Assembly: GCF_009914755.1 (NCBI RefSeq)
Contig: NC_060935.1
Reading direction: 5' to 3' (one strand)
DNA from: the human T2T-CHM13v2.0 reference genome, Homo sapiens
DNA length: 64,000 nucleotides
The position numbers and the translations under genes are program-made. Below, in pieces: positions 26,446 to 41,354 of this stretch; the first letter of the stretch is position 1, and each line of letters starts with the position of its first letter. Below the pieces are notes generated by a model. That model was not told the DNA's origin, made no database searches, and saw nothing but the letters and a program-made list of their open reading frames with translations.

Positions 26446-28606
26446 CAGCCCTGGACCTCAGGCAGGCAGGGAGAGAGACCCCCTTGGGGCCGCGTTCCAT
26501 TTGCACATTTAATCCAGAAACTGTCAGCATGGGAAGCCTGGATGAGAACAAAATGTCAAGTGTGTGCCGAGAGGCGCAGGCCAGCCCCTTTTCCTGGCGG
26601 GGTGATGATCTGGTCAGTTTCCGAGCACCATGTGCTGAGAATGATGCGTGCATTCAGAGCAGCATTTGGTGGGGAACCTGGGGGAAGGGCGGGCGTCTTT
26701 ATTTCATTTTAGCTTTCTTTAGCGGGGCCTGTGTCTCTTCTCACTGACCGTTTTCTGAAACTGGCTGGGGAGGGTCAGGGATGGCTGCTGTCCTCGGGGG
26801 AGGGACTGAGCTGGGCCCTTTTCGTTGGTTAGTTCTCAGTGTGGCCTACCCAGCCAGGTCCCTGGACCTGGCGGTGGCTATGAAAGCCTGGGATTGAGGA
26901 CAAAGCCATGGGGACGCCGTTTTCGGGATGCTTGTGAGCAGGGCTTTGTCCCCACCGTTAGGATACTCTGAACGTTCCCAGAAAGCCCCCTTCTGCTCAA
27001 GTTCTCTTGCTTCATCTCAGGCTCAGGTGTTTTGAGTTTTTTTTTTTTTTTAAATGAGGACATCTGTTAGACCACTTAGGAGTTCTAGAACCTTTGGAAA
27101 ACCCCCTCTCATCCCGGGAGTTTGTAAGAATTTGTAGTTTCTCCCCAGAGTTCATGGAGCCCCTGTCAGAGGCGCTGAGGCCCAGGTCCTGTGGCTGGTC
27201 CTCGCATAGACATCAGCTAAGGGGGTTTGGGGGCCAGTCGGCAGCCTCTGGAGGCCTCTGCACCCCTCCTGTGAAAGGCCGGCGCAGAGCTGCACCGTGG
27301 GGTCCCCTGGCTTGGGGTGGGCCTCAGAGGCTGTCGCCGTGCCTGCTGTGGCTCTCCATGGCCCTGGAGCCTGGGATTGCAGAAAGACTCCCAGACCTTG
27401 CTGGGGAAACTCCAGGATATGGGGGTATCCAGACTCCTGAGACTTCCCCGTGGGTCCACACACGTCACCAATCCTCTCTGCACCTCAGCTTCCTCATGTG
27501 TGAAATTCAGGTCATATCAGGACCTCAGTTCCTGGGGCTGTGCCGAGGGTGTGGGGACATTGGGCATGAAGGTTCTCAGTCCAGAGCCAATGGCCAAGAG
27601 GGCAAAAGGGTGTTGGTGGACGATGCCTCCTCCCCTGGCGGGGGCGGGGAAGGAAGTGCTAGGGGAAGCCGGTGTAAGGGGCCCCGTGCCCACCAAAGGC
27701 GCGCTAATTGCGAAGGAGGGGCCTCAGCCAGGAACCGCCATAGCCTCAGTTTTATTTATTCTGCTCACTCAAACAAAAAATCAGCTTTGTTGAGGTATAA
27801 TTGGCATAGAGTGGAAGGCCTTGTTTAAAATGTAGGATTTGACAAATCTGGACATGGGTGTACGCCACAGGACCATCACCACAATTGAGACAGCAGGCAC
27901 ATCCGTCACCCCCAGAAGGCTTCTCGCTCCCGTCGCTGGCCCCTCCTCCGCTGCTCCTGGCTCCGGAGGGGACCCCTGGTCTGTCTTGTCAGTGTAGACG
28001 GTTGGCGTTTTCTGGGGCTTGTTGTCAGTGCAATCATACAGTGTGTGGTTTTTATTGTCTGGTTCCATATTTGAGAGTCATCCAGGCTGTGGCATGTAAT
28101 AATTCATTCCTTTTTCATTGCTGAGCCGTATCCCATTGTACGGACGCATTGCAGTCTGTTTATCCACTTGTGTGCTGGCGGACTCTGTATAAAAGTGTTT
28201 GTAGGGACTTATATTTCCTTTCTGCATGGGTAAATACCTAGGTATAGAATGGCTGGATAATGTGGTGAGTGTATATTTTTAACTATTTAAGAAACTGGCT
28301 AACTCATCAACCCTTGACGTGGTCCGTCATTTTCATGTTAGCCAGTCTAAGAGGTGTGCGTGGCATCCTGCTGTGGTTTTAACTTTCATTTCCTAAGGAC
28401 CAGTGATGTTGAATATCTTTTCACGTGTTTCATTGGCATCCAGGAAACATCTTTGGTGACATATCTTTTTAAATGTTTCACCCATTGTAAAATTGGGCTG
28501 TTTGTCATCTGAGTTGTAAAAGTTCTTTGTATATTCTGGTTACATAGATATTTGTTTTACACATGTATTCTCTAGTCGGTGGCTTTCCTTTTCATTTATT
28601 TAGTAG

Positions 28607-28905
<299 letters not shown>

Positions 28906-29555
28906 CAATAGTATCTTTTAAAGACCAAACATTTTCAATTTTATGAAGTCAAATATAGCTTTTTCCTTTTAAATATGTTTCATGCTTTTCACATTCTATT
29001 TAGGAAATGCTTACCAAACACACTCTTACTAAGATTTTCTGCTAGTAGTTTTATAATTTTTGTGCTTACCTTTAGGCCTAGGATGCATTTTGAGTTAATT
29101 TTTCTCTATCATGTAAGACATAGGCGGAGATTCATGTGTTTTTTCTTATGGATGACTGACTGGTCCAGTGTCATTTGTTGAAAAGAGTATCCTTTACCCA
29201 GTGAATCATCTTGACTCCTTTTAAGAGGTTCAGTTTATCATAAAATTGTCTCTTTCTGGACACTCTACTGTGATCCGTTGATCTGTCCTTTTGCCAGTCA
29301 CACACTGGGATTGTTACAGCCCTATAATACGGTTAAAATAAGTTAGGGTAATTTAGCCAACTTTGTTTTGCTATTTCAAGTTGTGTTGGTTGTTCGGGGT
29401 CCTTTGCATTTACATATAAATTTTGGAAGCTGCTTACCAATTTTTGCAAAGCCTGGTAGAATTTTGTTTGGGATTGCATTCAACCTAAAGATCAACATGG
29501 GGAGAATTGATGTCTTAACCAATATTGAATCCTCTGATCAATGAGATTATCTATC

Positions 29556-29830
29556 TCATATATATATATGTGTGTGTGTGTATATATATATGTGTGTGTG
29601 TGTATATATATGTGTATATATATATGTATATATGTGTATATATGTATATATCTATGTATATATATGTGTATGTATATGTATATATATGTGTATATATATG
29701 TGTATATATATGTGTGCATATATGTGTATATATGTGTGTGTATATATATATATGGTTACATACCTAATATGTATATGGTTATATATCTCTTATAAGGGTT
29801 ATATATCTCATATACATATGAGGTTATATA
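29556..29830. repeat. Compound (TA)n(TG)n microsatellite
   Basis: tatatatatgtgtgtgtgtgtatatatata... ending in three ggttatata(t) units. Confidence 0.97.
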
Positions 29831-30782
29831 CCACTTATTTAGATTTTTAACTTCTGTCAGAGATGTTTCATAGTTTTTAGTGTATAGGTCTTGTACATCT
29901 TTTGAGGTACCTAAGTGTTTCATATTTTTTATGCTATGGTCAATGGTATTTCTTCTAATCTAGAACTGAAATTCATTTTGACAAATTTATCTTGAATCTT
30001 GCAACCTTTCTAAACTCATTTGTTCCAGTGGCTTTTGAAAAAATGAATTCCATTGATTTCCTTATATGAATGATGTTTTCTGAACATAGAGACAGTTTTA
30101 CCTCTTTTTTTCAAATGTGGACGCCTATTTGTTTCTTTTTCTGGCCTGATTGCACTGGGCGGCTCATCCACTGCAGTGTCCAATACAAGTGAACACTGCT
30201 GTGTCCCCAGCCTTAGAAGACACACATCATTGTTCACCGTCAAGGGTGATGTTGGCTCTGGGTTTCCATAGATGTCTTTACCAGGTTAAGGAAACGTCCC
30301 CTCTAATACTATAGCTGAGAGCTTTTAATATGAATGGGTGTTAAATTTTGTCAAATGCTCTTTGATACATCTTTTGATATGATCATGTGCTTTCTCTACT
30401 TCAGTCTCTTAATATGATAATTACACTGATTCATTTTCACAGGTTCTGTATTCCTGGATAAACCACACTTGGTCATGCTCTAGTATTCTTTTTGTATATC
30501 ACTGGACTTGACTTGTTAAAATTTTGCTAACAACCTTTGCATCTAGGTTCATGAGGGATATTGTCTATATATTTTCTTGTAACGTCTTTGGCTTTGGTAT
30601 TAGAGTAATGCTGGCATGAGGAGTGAGTTGGGAAGTGTTCTCTCTCCCTTTTAGAGGTGGAGTTTGTGTAGAATTGGTCTTATTTCTTCCCTCTGTGTTT
30701 GGTGGACTCCATCAGGAAAGTTGTTTAGGTAGGCCTGGACTTTGCTTGATGAGAAGATTGTTAACTAGATTTTAAATTGACT

Positions 30783-31058
30783 TAATAGTTTTATTCAGGT
30801 GATTGATAATAGTTATATTCAGTTGATTGATAATAATTATATTCAGGTAATTGATAATAGTTATATTCAGGTGATTGATAATTATATTCAGGTGATTGAT
30901 AATAGTTATAGTCAGGTGATTGATAATTACATTGAGGTGATTGATAGGTGATAATTATATTCAGGTGATTGGTAATTATATTCAGGTGATTGATAATTCT
31001 ATTTAGGTGATTGATAATTCTATTCAGGTGATTGATAATAGTGGTATTCAGGTGATTG
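30783..31058. repeat. AT-rich 21/24-bp minisatellite, about 12 copies, within L1
   Basis: Unit TTATATTCAGGTGATTGATAA(TAG). Confidence 0.95.
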
Positions 31059-32559
31059 CTTCTTGAGTGGGCTTTGGTATTTTGTGTATTTGAAAGAATA
31101 TGTTCATTTCATCTGGGTGTTAATTGTATTGGCATAAAGTTTTTCAGAATATCCTGTTACTATCCTTTAAACAGCTATAGAATTTGTAGCAATGTCTCTT
31201 CTCTCATTCCTGATACTAGTAATTTGTGCCTCTTTCTTTGTTAGTGTAATCAGTCAGCTAAAGTTTTAGCAAATTTATGGATCTCAAAGAATCAGCTTTT
31301 GGTTTCATTATTTTTTTTCTTTTTGGTTATTTGATTAATTTTAATTATTTTATTCTGCCTACTTAGTTTTAATTTGTTCTTTTTTTTCTCGTTTCTTAAG
31401 GTGGAAGCTGAGGTCATTGAATAGAAATTTTTTTTTCCTTTCTAATACAGGCACTTGGTGGTATAAACATCCACAAATTTTGTGTTTTTTTATCCCATTT
31501 AAAATATTTTCTAATTTCCTTTTTAACTTCTTCTCTGGTGTATGCATTATTTAAAAGTGTATTCAAAACATTTAGGGATTTTCAAGATACCTTTCTGTTA
31601 CTGATGTCTAATTTATTTATGGCTATAGAAACACTTAATATAATTTGGTCTCTTAAAATATATTAAGACTTGATTTAGGGCCCAGAATATGATTTATCTT
31701 GGTAAATACTCCATTGTGTGCTTGGAAAGAGTGTGTACTGCTGTTGTTGGGAGGACTGTTCTATAAATGTCAATGAGACTAATGTGGTTGATGATGGCAT
31801 TGTCCAAGTCTACATCAGTAATGATACATCCTTACTGATTTTGTATCTACTTGTTCTATTAATTCATTCTTGGGAGAAGGATGTTAGAATCTCCAACTGT
31901 ATTTGTGGATTTCTCTCTTTATTCTTCAGTTCTTTATTCTTTATTAGTTTTTTGTTTAATGTATTTTATTTTTTGCTTTTGTCATTTAAAAAATTATTTA
32001 CATTCTTTATTTTTCATTTTTGTGGATACACAATAGTTGTACATATTTATGGAGTACATATGATATTTCAATACAAGTATACCATGTGTTCAATGTGTTT
32101 TGAAGCTTCGTTCTTGGGTGCATTAGCATTTAGGATTGTTATGTCCTCTTGAGAAGTCAACACATTTGTCATTATGAAACTGCCTCTTTATCCCTGGCCA
32201 CTTTCTTTGCTCTGAAATCTGCTTTGTCTGAGATTAATATGGCTATTCTGGCTTTTTCTTTTTATCATTGTTAGCATGGTATATATTTTACTCATTTACT
32301 TTCAAACCATTTGTGTCTTTAGACTCAAAACTTGTTTTTCATATGAAGCATATAGTTGAGTCTTATTTTGTGAGTCAAACTATTTTTCTCCTGAAAAGTA
32401 CAGCTAATTTGCATTTATTCATAGGACTGACATTCTTGGTCTCAACTCTGTCATTGTCTTTTATAATTACGTGTATTTTGTCACGGTTGCTGTTGTAGTT
32501 TTCTTTACAATATGTGTATTATTTTCTTTTAAAAACATTTGGGTAATTAGGAGGTTGTA

Positions 32560-32865
32560 TTATTTATTTATTTATTTTTGCGAAACAGTTTCCCTCTGTT
32601 GCCCAGGCTAGAGTGCAGTGGCATGATCTCAGCTCACTGAAACCCCCATCTCCCAGGGTTTAAGTGATTTTCGTGCCTCAGCCTCCCAAGTAGCTGGGAT
32701 TATAGGTGGGCGCCACCACACCTGGCTAATTTTTTTTGTATTATTAGTAGAGACGGCGTTTCACCATTTTGGCCAGGCTGGTCTTGAACTCCTGACCTCA
32801 AGTCATCTGCCCGCCTCAGCCTCCCAAAGTGCTGGGATCACAGGCATGAGCCACCGTGCCCAGCC
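32560..32865 (-). mobile_element. AluS
   Basis: Full dimer with (TTTA)n tail. Confidence 0.95.
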
Positions 32866-35800
32866 TGTATTTTTGTCCTAATAGTTACCTTTATACATAT
32901 GCCTTTCAAAGTTTCCTTGGTCCCTGGTTTCTCATTTAACCCTTTACTGTCTGGCTTACCGTTTTTATTAATCTGCCTTAACTTCTACTTAGTGCCTATA
33001 CCACAAACAATAAGCTGACTCCATTTCCATCTTTTATAAGTTCAGACCCCCACAACCTTGGGTGGACTACTGACTACTTCGCGGGTAAGAAATGGTGAGT
33101 GGCATGGAAGGGGAGGGGCGGCAGTTCTCAGTGGAGCGGCCGGGCTGCGAGTCTCTGTATGGAGGTGAAGGTCCAGATGTTGGGGTTTCAGGGTCAAGCA
33201 TTCCTGGCAGAGAGCATGGCACGTGCCAAGACCCGGATGGGGCGTGTGCCTGGCGCGGGTGGAGGGAGCTGTGAGGAGCCTGTAGCATTCAGAGACAGGG
33301 GAGCAGGGAGCGGTGGGGGATGAGGTCAGGGAGGTGGCAGGACCTGGCGTGTGAGGGCTTGGGGCGACTCTGGGGAGTTAGGGTTTCGCTCTGCATGACA
33401 GGAGCCTGGGGCCTGGCATGGTGTGACTCAGACTTAACGCCGCCCCTCTGACTGGTAGAGGCCAGGCCCAGGATAAGGTGGCGGCAGGCAGGTCTCTAAG
33501 CAGTGGCAGCTCAGACCCGAGGTCCCAGGGTCATGCGTGTTTGTCCTGATTGCACGAGTCGTGTGAGCACAGAAACGTAGGTGGAAAGATGGTGGCTTCG
33601 TCCAGGGAGGTAGACTGGGAACGTCTTTTGCTGCTTCCCTTGGATTTTGTTTCTCAAAGTCTGAATCAAGCGTGGCAGAAGAAAATACAGCAGAACATGG
33701 GATGGGAATATCCATGCGTATAATCGGTCAGGTTAGTTGCTGTATTCTGACTTATTTGAAAGATTTCATAGCGAACAAAGAAAAATTCCGGTATAACTAT
33801 AATTTTTCCATAGCAGTTTATATTCCCTTTCTCAGCCTTGTAGGTGTAGGTGGAGTGTCCTAAGCTCTGGGGGTGGGGGGACACGTTTACGTGTCTGCAA
33901 ACCGCTACATTCTGCTAAGACATCTCAGGAGCCCGCCAAGCCCTTAGTGAAAAGTTTCTTAAGGCGGTTTCATAGGTGCGTGTGGGGCTGTTGGATACAG
34001 TGACCCACTTCAAGGTGACATCTTCTTCTTGCATCTCAGATAGCACCAGGTTTGTGTGTTTATGCGTGTGCACACACGGTGTTGGGCTCTGGCGGTGGCC
34101 TGGGGGTGCTTAGGCTGTGCACAAATGCCCACGCACGTACACACACAGACACACAGCCTGACTTGGCCCAGGTGGGTGGGTGTCTGAGGAGAAGTTCGCC
34201 ATTGTCGACTTTGGGGTAAAGTGAGGACCTGTCTGGCGGGAATAAAGGGGCCCTACTGTCCCCCGACTACCACTGCCCCAGCCCTCCTGAGCCCCTGTGA
34301 CTGAAAAATCCTCACTTTGGAGGATGTTTGGTGACAGGTGCTGGGGCCCGGACACGACCTGGTTTCTTCATCCCAGGGGCTGTCTCCAGGGTGGGTTCTA
34401 GAGTACATCCAGCTTCCACCCAAGGGAGAGTGGCTGGGTGGAGAGGGGGCAGGCTGAGATCTGAGAAGCCAGGCTAGGGGGTTGTGGAGCAAATGATGAT
34501 GTCTCAACCATGTGGCTTTAGGTCCCCAGCACGTGCTAGTGGCCATCAGCAGGCTACAGCATCCAGCCAGTGCCACCAGGAGCCCACTGGTGCCAGGATG
34601 CTGGGGTGGGGCTATGGGGAAGGAAGACATGTGGGCCAGGGTGCGGGGTGCGGGACAAACCTGGGTCCAGGCACCTGGGGCGACCCTCCTTGGCCGTCCT
34701 TGCCATCCTCGCCATCCTCTCTCCACACATCTGACCTTTGCCTGCTTTGGGGGCAGTTTGAGGCCTCAGATTTTCTACCTCAAAGCGATGGAACCCAGAA
34801 GACATGGGGCCCTCGAGGAGGGTCCCCCGGGGGCTGCAAAAGCAGAGGGAGTGGAGTGTCACCGGGTGTCCCGGCGTGGGCAGGTCCTGTTGTGGAGCCT
34901 CGTGACCTGCTCATAGCACAGCTGGGACACTTCCAGTGACTGCTCTGCGAGGCCCGGGGTAGGGGCGTGGGGGGGCCTCCTCCTCCCAAGCACCTGGGGT
35001 GGGAACAAGAGGCGTTTTGTGTTCTGCGTGGGTGGCCCTGGGCTCCCCAGGCCTGGTGTGGGGGTGCCTGGGGGGCAGTGGACGTGAGCAGCAGCACGTG
35101 GCCCCCAGTCATGAGTACCCCAGGCCCCTATGCGCCTCCTTCCCCATGACTGGCCCTGGGTGGCGGAGAGACCCCTGGGCAGGACACCCCTCCCTGGCTT
35201 TTCCTTCTGCACCACTCAATCTGGGGGTTCCGGCTCCTTGCCCACCGCCCCCGCCACCCAGCGCGAGCCGCGTAGAGGAGCAGGAAGGGAGCCAGCTCCA
35301 CCTCCAGTAGACCCAGAGACGGGGAGGCCAGGGTGCAGGGGACTGTTTGGGCCTCGAGAGGGACGGACCCCAGAACTGGACCCCAATGTGCAGGTCTGGG
35401 TGTGGATGTATCTGTATGTCTTTGCGGAGCTCAGATGAGAGATGCTCAGAGTTGTCTGTAGAGAACCAGAGCTGCCGAGCCCCGGCCTGGATGGACATCC
35501 CGCAGGCAGTGCACGTCCCTCCCCCGCCTCTCTTTGCCGTTGCCGGGACTGGGCCGTGTGCCTGGAGTTTGAACTTTTCTGATCACGGGGTGAGAGGGTC
35601 TTTGCAGTTGCAGAGCCGTGGCGCGGCGCCTGGATTTCCGACACACTGCAGCATCTGCATCCTTGCCGTCACCCCTCACACCCCCTGCTAGGGTCCCTCT
35701 GGGGGTTGAATGAAAAGGCATAGGTAGAAGGTGGGAGAAGCCCACGTTCTGGGAGCGTCGCAGTGGCCCAGACACCCATGTTCCTCCCTAGGCAGCTCCA

Positions 35801-37980
35801 TGCGCGGGCCCCGGAGCTGGAAAGCAGCCAAGGGCACTGCCCGCCCTGGGAGCTGATGCCTGACATGCATCCTCGCCTAGGCCAGAGTGCCAGGCAGGGT
35901 AGGGGAACAAATGCCAACACGTGAGCTGAGTGACCGGAAGAGGGGGCGCCTCCCTGAGCAGGTGAATGAAGGGTGCTGGGGTGGCGAGTTGAGGGCCAAC
36001 AGAGATGGTGTCCCGGCTGATGTAGGGTCAGGGGCTTCTGGAAGGAGCCTCACAGGAAGGGCAGGGCAGCACCAGGCTCAGCCCAGGACCAGAGCGCAAA
36101 TAGGGCTGGAGTCCCGAGTACAAGGCATGGACAGGAGCCAGGCTTCACCTAGCACCTGGCTCCCCGGGGGCCCAGATGGCAGGCGAGGGGTGCCTGGGGA
36201 GGCTGCCAAGTGAGGGGGGGGCACAGACTGAGACAGGGTCCCCGTGTTCCATCCATGGGGTACAGCTGCTCCCAGGCCAGACTCTGGTGGTAGCAGGAGG
36301 CAGGGGAGGCTGTGCTGAGCTCAGTGGGCTTGGTGGGGTCATAGCTGCCTCTCCCTCTAAATAGATTAACTAAAAAGTATTGTTGACTGACTCATGCATT
36401 TCTTAGGTTTTCTTATTTTCTAATTTCTTCTTTTAAATTTAGGTTTGTCGAGGTTTAAGTTACATACAGGAAAACTCTCCCCCTCTGTAGATGTCCAGTT
36501 CGATGAGTCCTGGCAAACATTTATGGTCCTGTAACCACCCCCAAAGTCAAGATCCAAGGTGTTCCCATCACCCGAAAGCTCCCTGGTACCCACTGGCGGC
36601 TAGCCCCTCCCCGCACCTGGGAACCGTGGACGTGTTTCCTGTCCCCATGGTTTTGCCTTTTCCAGAACGTCATGTGAATGGAATCTCGCGGCGTGTAGCC
36701 TCTGCGCCTGGCTTCTGTCACTTAGCATAATTCATTTGAGGCCCATCCGTGTCATGGTCTCTGCATTCAGCAGTTTGTCTCCTTTTATTTGGAAAGGATA
36801 AAATGTACCACAGTTTGTTTATCCATTCACAGGCTGATGGACATTTGAGCTGTCTCCAGTTTTCAGCTGTTATGATTAAAGCTGCCATGAATATTGCGTG
36901 CAGTTTTTTGAGTAATCATATGTCTTCATTTCTCTGGGGTAAATCCCTGGGAGTGGGATTGCGGGATCATGTGTTAGATGCATATTTTCCTTTCGAAGAA
37001 ACTGCCAAAGCATTTTGCAAAATGGTAGGCCCGTTTTCCACTCTTACCATCAATGTACGAGCATTCTGGCTCCTATGGATTCTCACCAGCACTTAGTATT
37101 GTCTGCTTTTTAAGCTTTGCCCATCCTAAAGGCTGGAGCCATATTCCGTCATGGTCTTCATTTGCATTTCCCTAGTGACGAATGGTGTTGGGCATATTTG
37201 CCATTCATATATCTCCTTTGATGGAGGATCTGTCCAGTTTGTTGCTGGTTTTAACAATTAGGTTGTCTTCTTAGAATAATCATGTGAGTTGTAAGAGTTG
37301 TGTCTATGTTCTGGATATGAGTCCTTCACCAGATCTGTTTTACAAATATTTTCTCCCAGTCATGGCTTTGTCTTTGCATTTTCTTAACAGGATCTTTCAA
37401 AAGAGCAGCAGTTTTTAATTTTGATGAAGTTCAATTCATCAGGGTTCTTCTTTTTTTTTTTCTTTAGGGTTCATGTTCTTTGTGTTCTGTCTAAGAAATA
37501 TTCGCCTAATCCAAGATTACAAAGTTTTTTCTCCTGTTTTCTGTAGAAATTTTATAGTTTCACATTTCTTGTTTAGATCTGTGATTCATTTCGAGTTTAA
37601 TTTTATATATGGTGACAGGTATGGATGGAGGTTAAATCTTTCTGCATGTGGTTATCCAGTTGTCCCAGAGACTTTTTTCCCATTGAATTACTTTGGCACC
37701 TTTGATGAAAATCAGTTGGCCGTGTGTGTGGGTTCGATTTCTGGACTTTGTCATCTGTTCTGCCAGGAAAGCACTGTCTTGATTACTGTGACTTTTACGC
37801 TAAGCCTTGAAATCAGGTCCTGTTAATCCTCCAATTTTGTTCATTTTCAAGAGTGAGCTGTTCTGCCAGCTCCTTCACATTCTCATGAATATCTTAGAAT
37901 CAGCTCGTCAATTCTACCAAAAAAAAAATTGGCTAGAATTTTGATTGGCATTGCATTGGATATGTAGATAAATTTGGATC

Positions 37981-38232
37981 TCATACACGTCTTAGTAATA
38001 CCGAGTTTTCTGATCCACGAACACGGTCTCTCTCCCCAGTGCCTCATGCACGTCTTAGTAATACCGAGTTTTCCGATCCACGAACACGGTCTCGCTCCCC
38101 AGTGCCTCATGCACGTCTTAGTAATACCGAGTTTTCCGATCCACGAACACTGTCTCGCTCCCCAGTGCCTCATGCACGTCTTAGTAATACCGAGTTTTCT
38201 GATCCACGAACACGGTCTTGCTCCCCGGTGTC
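37981..38232. repeat. 63-bp minisatellite, 4 copies, L1 ORF2-derived
   Basis: Units start at 37981, 38044, 38107 and 38170. Minus strand reads repeated PCSWIGKLGITK. Confidence 0.97.
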
Positions 38233-38986
38233 TTAGATATTTTTCAACACCACTCATCAGGATTGTGTAATTTTTAGTGGTGTGAAACTTGCTAGATTTG
38301 TTCCTAAGTATTTTATGTTTTTGAAGCTACTGAAATGATATTGTTTTCTCAGTTTCACTTTTGGATTATTTGTTGCTAGGATATAGAAATACAATTGATT
38401 TGTTCGTATATTAACCTTGCGTCCTGTGACTTTGCTCATGTTACTTATTAGTTTGAGAAGGTTTCTTGTTCATCTGTTTTTGGGGTTTTTTTTGTTTTTT
38501 TTTTTTTTGTTTTTTTGTAGATTCTTTAGGATTTTCTATGGAGATGATTGTGTTGTCCACAATTAAGTCAGTCTTATTTTTGCCTTTTCAGTCCATATAC
38601 TATTTATTTCTTGTTTTTACTTGAATGCACCTGACAGTGTCTGCCAGTGGGGAGAGGGCTGCTATCCTTATCTTACTCCTAAGGTGAAGTGAGGTAATCT
38701 TTCACCATTAGGTGTGGTGGGAGCTGTAGGGTTTTAGTAGAAGCCACTTATCAGGCCAAGAAGTTCCTCCTCTTCCTGGTTTGCTGGGAATAGAGAGTGC
38801 GTCAAGAATGGCTGTTGGATTTTTTGACAAGTGCTCCTTCTGCCTCTATTGAGATAATCATATCATTTGCAACAATCTCAATCAAATTCTTTCTTAATTT
38901 GCTAGTGTGGGGAATCGCACTGATTGACTTTCAAATAGCAAAGCAAACTTGCTTCCCTTACACAAAGCCCACTTGGTCATGATGAA

Positions 38987-39348
<362 letters not shown>

Positions 39349-41354
39349 GTCATGATGCGTTTTAAAACACCTTTTTGGATGTGACTGACTTCGGTTGTGT
39401 GTAGAACTTCCACGCCCACGCTCACGAGGGCGTCACCTGCCATGTGTTGGCTGTTGTGTCTGGTTTTGGCATCAGATGCCGCTGGCATCAGAGAATGAGT
39501 TGGGAAATATTTCCTGCTCTTCAATTTTTAGGAAGAGTTTGTGTAGAATTGCAATTATTTCTCCCTTAAACATTTGATAGCTAGAACATGTGGAGGTATC
39601 TGGGCCTGGAGTTTTCTTTGTGGAGAAGTTTGCCATTGGAAAGTCAGCAGATACAGGGCTATGCAGGTTGTCTATTTCTTCTTGATGAGGTTTTGATTGT
39701 TCATGTCTTTGAAAGTATTTGTCCCCAAGGAGCAGAAGCCCCAGCCCAAATTTGGAAACAAGACCATGTTGTGCTGACATGTCATTCCTGAGCAGCTTAG
39801 GGGCTGTGGGGTTTGCAGACCTCTGAATGCAGCCATCTGCAGGGGGACCCTCCTCAGTGCCCTGAGAGGGGGCCTGGGCTGGGTGGTCTCTGCTGCTGGC
39901 CATCCCACTGGGCACTGCCTCCCCAGGGATTCTGCAACAGGACACCGTAAGGGGCACGGGGGACAAAGATCAGACTTTCTCTGTTTCCTTCCAGCTTTGC
40001 TCCCCAGGGAGGCAGTCCCTTCTCAGAGGAATGAAATTTAAGAAGACAGGCCCTACAATTTCACGACAAGTCTGCTTTTGACTCTCCCGTTTACTGTGTA
40101 AACTTCAGCCCTAAAACAACATACATCCTTCTGAAGTTGTTCACATATTAGCTCTTAAAACAGCAAAATCCGTGCACAATTTCCTCTCAATCCCTTAAAA
40201 CATTCCTGAAAGGGGGGGAAAACAACTGTTTAAATTCACCGCCTGTTATTAAAATCTCTAGATTTGCAGAATCAGAGTGAGGTACTCAGCAGTCAGAAAA
40301 CAGACTAGACAGGCCCGTGTGCACACACGCGCTGACACACGTGCACACACACACGTCCACAGGGCAGCCTTTAATAACCGCAGGCCTTCCTGTCCCAACA
40401 CTGCGCGGGCCCCTGAAGGGCCGGTGTGGGTTGCAGCTCCTCAATCTCTGCTAAAGTAAACAGGGTTCAACCCTGCGGCCTTCTCAGCACTCTCCCCAAG
40501 TCAAAAGAAGGGTGCTCAGCCCCTGGTCTCTTTGGTTTGCCAAACTTCTAGTGCTGGTGAAATTCTTAAATATGACATTTTTAGAAGCTTCGGCTCCTGG
40601 CAGATAAAAATAATGTCCCCCGCTCCACCCCCTTTTCCCCCTATCCCAGTTCTAGCTAAGACAGTGATCAGAGGGGTGCACCGTCTTTGGGGTTAACAGC
40701 CATCAGCAGTGGGGTTCCCAGGCTGAAACTAAATCCTCGTTTAACTGGCCTGGAGACGGAAACAGCCCTGCCTGGGGAAGATGGGGGATTTGCTTTAAAT
40801 ACGTGTAAAGCTGCCTGCCAGGCGGCTAATGGTGTCTGCAGCCAGGCGTGGGCGTCTCCGGGCCATGGGCTCCCCCACCACAAATTGCAGGGCAGCCGGC
40901 TTGGGCCACTCCTGTGTGTGCGGGGCCCTGGGTATGATTCCTGGGAGGCAGCTCCCAAACTGTGGGGCTCAGCAGAGGATTCAGGGCCTGATTTGCGGGC
41001 AGCCCCACCTGCCTTTTTGACTGTTCAGAGCCCTGAGTGCCTCCCATATGCCCACATTTTCCTGCCCCTGGGCCTTTTCTTCTGGTCATCGGCCTGGAGT
41101 GCCTCCACTGGCACATTGAGTTCTGCCTTCAGAGCCTGGGTTTTCTGGTGGAATGGGGCAGGGGTAGGCTGATAGACCTCTTGGAGAGACAGGGCCCACT
41201 TTCTTGTAGGCCCACAGGGACCCCGCCTGGGGAGAGAGAAGCTTCAGGCCCTGAGGCCTATGGCCTGGACCTCTCTAGAGACCCTAGAACAGACCTCTGG
41301 CCTGGCCTTGCTGATGACCTGGAGCCCCTGGGTGCCAGCTGCAGCCCCCTGCCT

